Made by a program: the position numbers and the translations under genes
Source of the DNA: the human T2T-CHM13v2.0 reference genome, Homo sapiens
Reading direction: 5' to 3' (one strand)
DNA length: 64,000 bases
Assembly (NCBI RefSeq): GCF_009914755.1
Contig: NC_060927.1
In this document: one piece after another, positions 57,082-64,000 of the stretch
Layout: each line of letters starts with the position of its first letter
Numbering within the stretch: the stretch's first letter is position 1
Notes under the pieces: model-generated
What the model was told of the DNA's origin: nothing
What the model saw: the letters and a program-made list of their open reading frames with translations, nothing else
Databases searched by the model: none

Positions 57082-57619
57082 TCATTCTCAGCATAAAATC
57101 TTTAGATAACTCCTTTATAGTTTGTTAAGTTTGGAGTTTCAAATGTGGTGGAATTTACTTTCTATAAAAAAACTAGTAGGAAGAATGAATTATAACTCAA
57201 ACTTGATTTAATGATTTTAATTTGCTTTAGGCTCCTATTTTTATAATCTAGATAACTATTGAGGATTATCTTCTGTCATCTATAAAATGAATTATGAGTC
57301 TGCCTCTTTATTCCCAGCACCTATAATGTACAAACTGTATTCCCCTATGCAACCCCATGTGGCCAAAGGGCTCCCCGTGAAATTGCCTTATTTCAAGCCC
57401 AAGCCTCTTTTAACCTTGACTGCTATCCCCACTGTTCCTTTGCTTTTACTCTGTATAAATCTCAGGCATAAGAGACAACTTAAAATATGTCAGGATATTA
57501 TATTAGATAACAAAACTCCTAGAGGTCAAAGACTATGTTGTCCAGAGAGTTTTGTTATCGCAAACTCCTGGAGGTCAGAGACTATGTCTAGTTAAGATGG
57601 GAGTGAAACTCAACTTTTT

Positions 57620-58270
57620 CACTTCTGCTTCTGGCCATGAAGAATAACAGGAGCCAGATTTACACTCCTACCTTAGACTACCTTTCTAGTTAGAAAACTA
57701 GACATTCCCTGAGAGGAGAAACAGATGAAGTAAGCCCTACAATTGTCCCCAGCTTACTGCCTAGAAGCAGTTTCCAGGATACTGTACAAGGAGAAAGAAA
57801 CCAAAGAGAGAGGCCAGCAGTGTCACTGAGTTGAGGAGACAGAGATAGGAGTTTGGGAAGATCAAGATGGCTAGCATTTGTGGGGCAGAAACCCAGAGAA
57901 GAGGGATTGTACAGAGAGAATGCCCTAGAAATCTGAAGAGAGATCCCCTTGAGCCTTTGGTTAAGTTTGCATATAATCATCAAAAGATCCTGCCTTATTA
58001 GTAGGGATGAATTACTCTAAAGACTACATTGCATCTGCTCTAACAGTTTAAAAGCAAGTTTTGAAAGTATCATACTGTTCCTAAATAACTTAACTCCCTG
58101 TTAGAGTAAAATGCAACATTCTTTGGAATAAGGTACAACATTCTTTATGGAAATACAACAAATTCCAACACTCAACAACATAAAAATTGCAGTGTTCAAC
58201 ATTCCATAAAATATTACCACGGACTTAAAAGGCAAGAAAAGAGAATTCATAACCAGTTGAAAAATAAATA
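57620..58270 (+). mobile_element. Probable 5' region of an ancient L1M
   Basis: acttctgcttctggccatga start; gccctacaattgtccccagcttactgcc; A-rich aaaattgcagtgttcaacattcc...aaggcaagaaaa resembles an old L1 5' UTR/ORF1 lead-in. Confidence 0.5.
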
Positions 58271-58841
58271 AAAATGGAAAAGACTAAAACATTTTTGTTT
58301 ATAAAAGGGCAACCTTTTAAGTTAATTACTAAAGCATTATAACTTTGGTAAGTATTCTCAAATTGATTTAGTTCTTAACTTCATGAAATGTGAATGCTTT
58401 AAGAATTGACCAGCATGTCTTTTGCTTAGTTAAAACCAGAATATTAAACTGAAGAGAAACTTATGTTGGCTCTATATTAGTAGAAACATGCAAACAGCTA
58501 TACTATTCAAACTTGCTAGTAACTTGGGGCTACTATCATTACTGTTACTGTAGGACTTACATGGCTGGCCATTTACAATCTAAAGAAATGTGAGTGGGAA
58601 GTAAGAGAATCACAGAAACAATATGTTGCCTCATTGGATCTTTGAGAAGGTGTGGTTAGAAAGAATGGGGGCAGCTGGAAGAGGATTATCCTGGAGTAGA
58701 GGACAAAGAAATGTGGGGATGAGAGAGTAAAAAGGATGACTGACTAGAGGGCCTTGCATGGTGGGAGATGACGATAGGGATGTAAAGCATGGTTTGCTGT
58801 AGCTGGTCCCAGGCTCGGCTAGGGCCTCGTATAAGGGTGTG

Positions 58842-59211
58842 TGCTACGGACTGAACTGTGTTCTCCCCAAAATTAATATGTTGAAGCCCTAACTCCTAAT
58901 GTGACTATATTTGGAGATAGGGCTTATAAAGAGGTAATCAAAGTTAAACTAGGTCATAAGGGTGGAACCCTGATCCAATGGGATTCATGTCCCTTTAAGG
59001 AGAGACACCAGAGAACTCTGTCTTTCTGCCTTGTGAGGACACATCCAGAAGGCAGCCATCTATAAGCCCCCAAGAGTCCTCGTCAGAAACCACATCAGCC
59101 AGCACCATGATCTTTGAGTTCCCAGCCTCCAGAACTGAGAGAAATAAATTTCTGCTTTTTAAGCCACCCAGTCTATGGTTTGTTGTATGGCCACCCGGGC
59201 AGACTAATACA
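58842..59211 (+). mobile_element. MLT1A-like MaLR solo LTR
   Basis: tgctacggactgaactgtg...cagcctccagaactgagagaaataaatttctg...gactaataca. Confidence 0.9.
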
Positions 59212-59233
59212 GGTGTATTAAAGTTTTAGTCAG

Positions 59234-59391
59234 CAGCCAGGCTTGGTGGCACCCCCCTGTAGTCCTAGCTACTCGGAGGCCAAGGTAGAAAGATCACTGG
59301 AGCCCAGGGGTTCGAGGTTGCACTGGGCCAAGATCAGGACACTGCACTCCAGCCTAAGCAACAGAGAGAGACCCCTTCTCTAAAAAATAAA
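59234..59391 (+). mobile_element. FRAM/Alu right monomer
   Basis: tgtagtcctagctactcggagg...actgcactccagcct. Confidence 0.88.
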
Positions 59392-61394
59392 GTTTCAGTC
59401 AGAATGTCAATAAAAATATTCTGCATCATGTACCAATTCCCAGGGGACTGAGGGTGTTGAGTAGATCTGGATTTCATGATAAGCGCCTGTTTAACTAAAC
59501 TAATGGGTTGCTTTTCATCTAGGCACAAGGTAAAGAAAGCATAAACAAGGACAGTCACCAAGGAGAGGTTTTGGGTTTTAACATTTCTACAGTTCCAAGA
59601 AATAAATAGGAGTTAGCACAAAAGGAGGTGTACGTTTGTTTCTGCATTCCCACTCTACAGTTGATTGTCTTTGTACAATCAGCTTCTTTACAAATTGTAC
59701 TTTGGAACTTTTAAGAATGTAAGGTTTTGTGGCATTTCTGTTAGCTGACCTCAGTTCTCCATCAGTTGTTGCCACATGAATGCAAGTACATTCTGAAATG
59801 CTATTCAACTACCATTCAAGGCTTTGAACAGGCAGCTATTGCCATAACTCATTCAGAAAAACACCTCAAGATTAACTAAAATTGTCTTTATTCCATGCTG
59901 TTTTCAATCCAGTCTAAAAACTACCAACATGTGTATAGCAAAATTAATTTTGCAAAATGTACGAATAGTATTTTCTATGTAAATTTTTTTATGTTAAGAA
60001 AAAAGTATTTTACTTTCTAAGTTTTGATAAACCCTTTCTTATTGATTTTTAATCTCCTTGATTATATCCACCCTGGAGTTTTATGGATAAAAGTTGAAGA
60101 TGATTGTAGGAGAAAAATGAGAGAGAAATAGAAATTTTCTCTTTTGTGTTAATGGTAAAGTTAGCCTACTTACCTAAAGATAAAATTAATAAATTACTTG
60201 ACAGATTTTCATTGTTAATATAGCCCAAAATGCTCTATATTTCCCTTTTATAGTATGATAGAAACCTTTGGTCACACTTTAATAAAACAAAATGCTATAT
60301 TAAGAATCATTGATATTACATTATAAACTTTATGACCTCTAAAAAAAAAAATAATTTCAAAGAAGCATAACTTGTGAGCATGTGGTAAAGCGGCATCCCA
60401 CTGAAGATCAGTGTTACTGCTTTTAATCTCTTTTAAGTTAATACTTCAGTATACTGGTAGCTATAACTATAGGGCCTTTGTTTTGGTCGATGATATTTAA
60501 CCTACCATTTATGTTAATAAACTGACATTGCTCTTAAAGTAGGTTGTACATTAACCACCCAAAATTGGACATCTGTTGCTGAAGGAAATGGTTTCATTTT
60601 CTGAATGCCTCTGTTCCCTTTATAGTCATTTTTTCCATTATTGACAATAGTTATTTGCATTTTTGTAGACATGAGGAGGCTTTCTCAAAAGCCGTATCCA
60701 TCTAATAAATAAATTCAGTAAAGTTACAGGATATAAAATTTAAAATCTAGATAGAAAAGTCCATGGCATTTCTGTACACAAGTGACAACCTAGCCAAGAA
60801 AAGAAATCAAAACAATCCCATTTATGATAGCATTTAAAAATTAAAATACTTAGGAATAAATTTAACCAAGGAGATAAAAGACCTGTACACTAGAAAATGA
60901 TAAAACATTGATGAAAGAAATTGAAGAAGACACAAATAGAAAGATATTTCATGCTCATGGACTGGAAGAATTAATATTGTTAAAATGCCCATACTACCAA
61001 AAGCAATATGCAGATCCAACACAGTCACTATCAAAATCCCAAGGGCATTGTTCACATAAATTTAAAAAAAAAATCCTAAAACTTACCAAAGACCCTAAAT
61101 AGCCAGAGCAATCCTGAGGTGGGGTTGAGGGGGGAAGAGATATCACACTTCCTAATTTTAAATTTTATTTCAAAGCTATAGTATATAGCTATAGTAATCA
61201 AAACAGTGCAGTACTGGCACAAAAACAGACACATAGACCATTGGTACAGAATAAAGATTTCAGATATAAATCCAAACATATATGGGCAACTAATTTTCAA
61301 AAAGGGTACCAAGAAGACACAATGGGGAGAGGATAGTCTCTTCAAATAAATGATTCCGGGGAAACTGGATTGCCACATGTAAAAGAATGAAATT

Positions 61395-61555
61395 GAGCCA
61401 GGCACAGTGGCTCATGCCTGTAGCCTAAGCTACTTGGGTGGCTAAGGCAGGAGGATCACTTGAGCCCAGGAGTTAGAGGTCACAGTGAGCTATGATCACA
61501 CTGCATTCCAGACTGGGTGACAGAGCAAGACCCTCTCTCTTTAAAAAAATAAAAT
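61395..61555 (+). mobile_element. FRAM/AluJ monomer within L1
   Basis: TSD aagaatgaaattg on both sides. Confidence 0.9.
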
Positions 61556-61944
61556 AAGAATGAAATTGGACCTTTATCTTACACTATACACGAAAATCAA
61601 CTCAAGATAGATAAAAGACCTGAATGTAACACCTGAAGCCATAAAACTCCTCGAAGAAAACGTGGGTAAAAGCTCCTTGACATTAGCCTTGGCAATGATT
61701 TCTTGAACATCACACCAAAAGCTCAGGCTACAAAAGCAAAAATAAATAAATGTAACTACATCAAACTGCAAAACTTCTCCACAGCAAAAGAAACAACAAA
61801 ATGGAAAAGGACAACTACAGACTGGGAAAAAAATATTTACAAGCTGTATATCTGATAAGGGGTTAATACCCAAAATTTATTTTTAAAAAAACTCATACAG
61901 TTCAGTAGCAAGAAAACATATAATCCACTGGACCTGAATATACC

Positions 61945-62242
61945 TTTTTTTTTTTTCTTTTTGAGATGGAGTATGGCTCTGTTGCCCAGGCTGGAGTACA
62001 GTGATGTGATCTCTGCTCACTGCAGCCTTATCTCCTGGGTTCAAGTGATGCTGCTGCCTCAGCCTCCTGAGTAGCTGGTACTACAGGTGCCTGCCACCAC
62101 GCCCGTCTAATTTTTTGTATTTTTGGTAGAGATAGGATTTCACCATGTTGGCCAGTCTGGTCTTGAACTCCCGACCTCATGTGATCCACCCGCCTCGGCC
62201 TCAAAGTGCTGGGATTACAGGCATGAGCCACCATGCCCAGCC
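61945..62242 (-). mobile_element. AluS within L1
   Basis: Full dimer; flanks tgg(a/t)cctgaata(t/g)ac duplicated. Confidence 0.93.
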
Positions 62243-63138
62243 TGGTCCTGAATAGACATTTATCCAAAGATGACATTAAAATGGCCAATAAGTATATGAA
62301 AAGGTGTTCAGCATCACTAATCATCAGGGAAATACAAATCAAAACCACTATGAGATATCACCTCGCACCTATTAGGATGGCTGTTACCAAAGAGACGAGG
62401 TTAAGTGTTGGCAAAGGTGTGGAGAAAAGGGAAACCTCGTATACTCTTAGTGGAAACATAGATTGGTACAGCCCTGAGGGAAAACAGTATGGAGGTTCCT
62501 AAAGAAATAAAAAATGGACCCATCATTCCCTCTGCTGGATATATACCCAAAGGAAATGAAATACCACCTCATATAGATACCTGCACTCTCGTGTTCATTA
62601 CAGTATTCTTCACAGTAGCCAAAATATGGGGAAAAACCTAGGTGTCCATCAGTGGACAAATAGATAAACTGTGGTGTATACATACATACATACATAAACA
62701 CACGCACATACACAGAGCAGAATATTATTCAGCCTTTAAAAAGGAGATCCTGCCATTTACTGAAACATGGAAGGACATTATGCTGAGTGAAATAAGCCAG
62801 ACACAGAAAACTATTGCATCTCATTTATATGTGGAATTTTTCTTTTTAAAGGTCAACTATATAAAGATAGCAAATAAAACAGGAGTTACCAAGGTTGTAG
62901 TGTGGGGAAGGAACTGGAAAGATGTAGGTCAAAGGATATAAAGTAACAAGTAGAAAGGTCTCGTGTGCAACATAAGGACTATAGTTAATAATAGTGTCTT
63001 CAGGATTTTTTTCTAAATGAGTAGATTATAGCTGTCTTGCCATGGGGGTGGGGAGGGAAATGGGTAAAAGTGTTAGGTGATGGGTATGTTAATTTGTTTC
63101 ACTGTAGTAACCATTTTTCTATATATTGTATCTTTTAA

Positions 63139-63469
<331 letters not shown>

Positions 63470-63927
63470 AATAAAATTTATTTAAAAAAAAAAAAAAAAA
63501 AGCTATACTGAACAAGATAGGGCCACCTCAAAAGTAAACGTGAAAAGAAAGATTAGAATCATTGATAAGGCATTGGTATTAAAAACCAGCTTATCCTAGA
63601 TTTAAGATGAAAGCGGTATTGTGGACATTTGTTAAGTCCTCCAAAACCACTAATAGCTTATTTGAGGTTAAAGAGTCCTCCCTTAAAATATGTACTACAA
63701 ACTTATGGTTTAGAATTTCACTGTTTTGCCTCACACATGACTTTACAATGTGTAAATCAGGAATCCAGCATTTCTTCCCGTATACCAACAAAATTTATAT
63801 TTTAAATTAACTCATAATAATCTATATAATTTTAAAGCAAATGCTGACATTCTGTGACCCATAAATAGCACACATGGAATTGGTATGTCCTGTAGAATTA
63901 TTGCTTTCTTTACCTATCCGTAATGTA

Positions 63928-64000
63928 CAGTAAGTCCTCATTTAACATTGTCAGTAGGTTCTTATAATGAGACCAGTTTTACCATAGGCTAATTGATCTA
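63928..64000. mobile_element. MER6-family element, runs off the window edge
   Basis: TA|cagtaagtcctcatttaac...ttttaccataggctaattgatcta; same family as 43922-44117. Confidence 0.8.

Noticed and set aside
57513-57587. Repeat-spacer-repeat patterns (also 3150-3213 and 2243-2306) as CRISPR-like arrays
   Set aside because: Only 2-3 imperfect copies, primate intronic context, no cas genes.

Overview
Hominoid (most likely human) genomic DNA lying entirely inside UBE2E2 (ubiquitin-conjugating enzyme E2 E2), + strand. Only two coding exons are present: 6637-6769 (133 nt) and 39582-39729 (148 nt, with the catalytic Cys and the UBE2E-type HCN motif), separated by a 32.8-kb intron. The rest is AT-rich intron filled with transposable elements: about 25 Alus or Alu monomers, L1s of several ages, L2, MIR, DNA transposons (a Tigger2-family element with intact ends, MER33, MER20, MER30, MER6) and LTRs (MLT1, MER21, an ERV1-class LTR, and a 963-bp HERV-K(HML-2) LTR5 solo LTR). 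Nearly all other ORFs in the track are repeat-derived or chance. I see no new multi-gene system. The most interesting unexplained structures are: (i) a direct-inverted-direct triplet just upstream of the catalytic exon that could form two mutually exclusive hairpins, one masking the predicted branch point; (ii) several fold-back/templated micro-rearrangement scars; (iii) an Alu monomer + L1PB + LTR5 composite sharing one target-site duplication (TSD); (iv) two different solo LTRs inserted 48 bp apart in one L1. Repeat subfamily names come from remembered consensus sequences and need RepeatMasker/Dfam confirmation.
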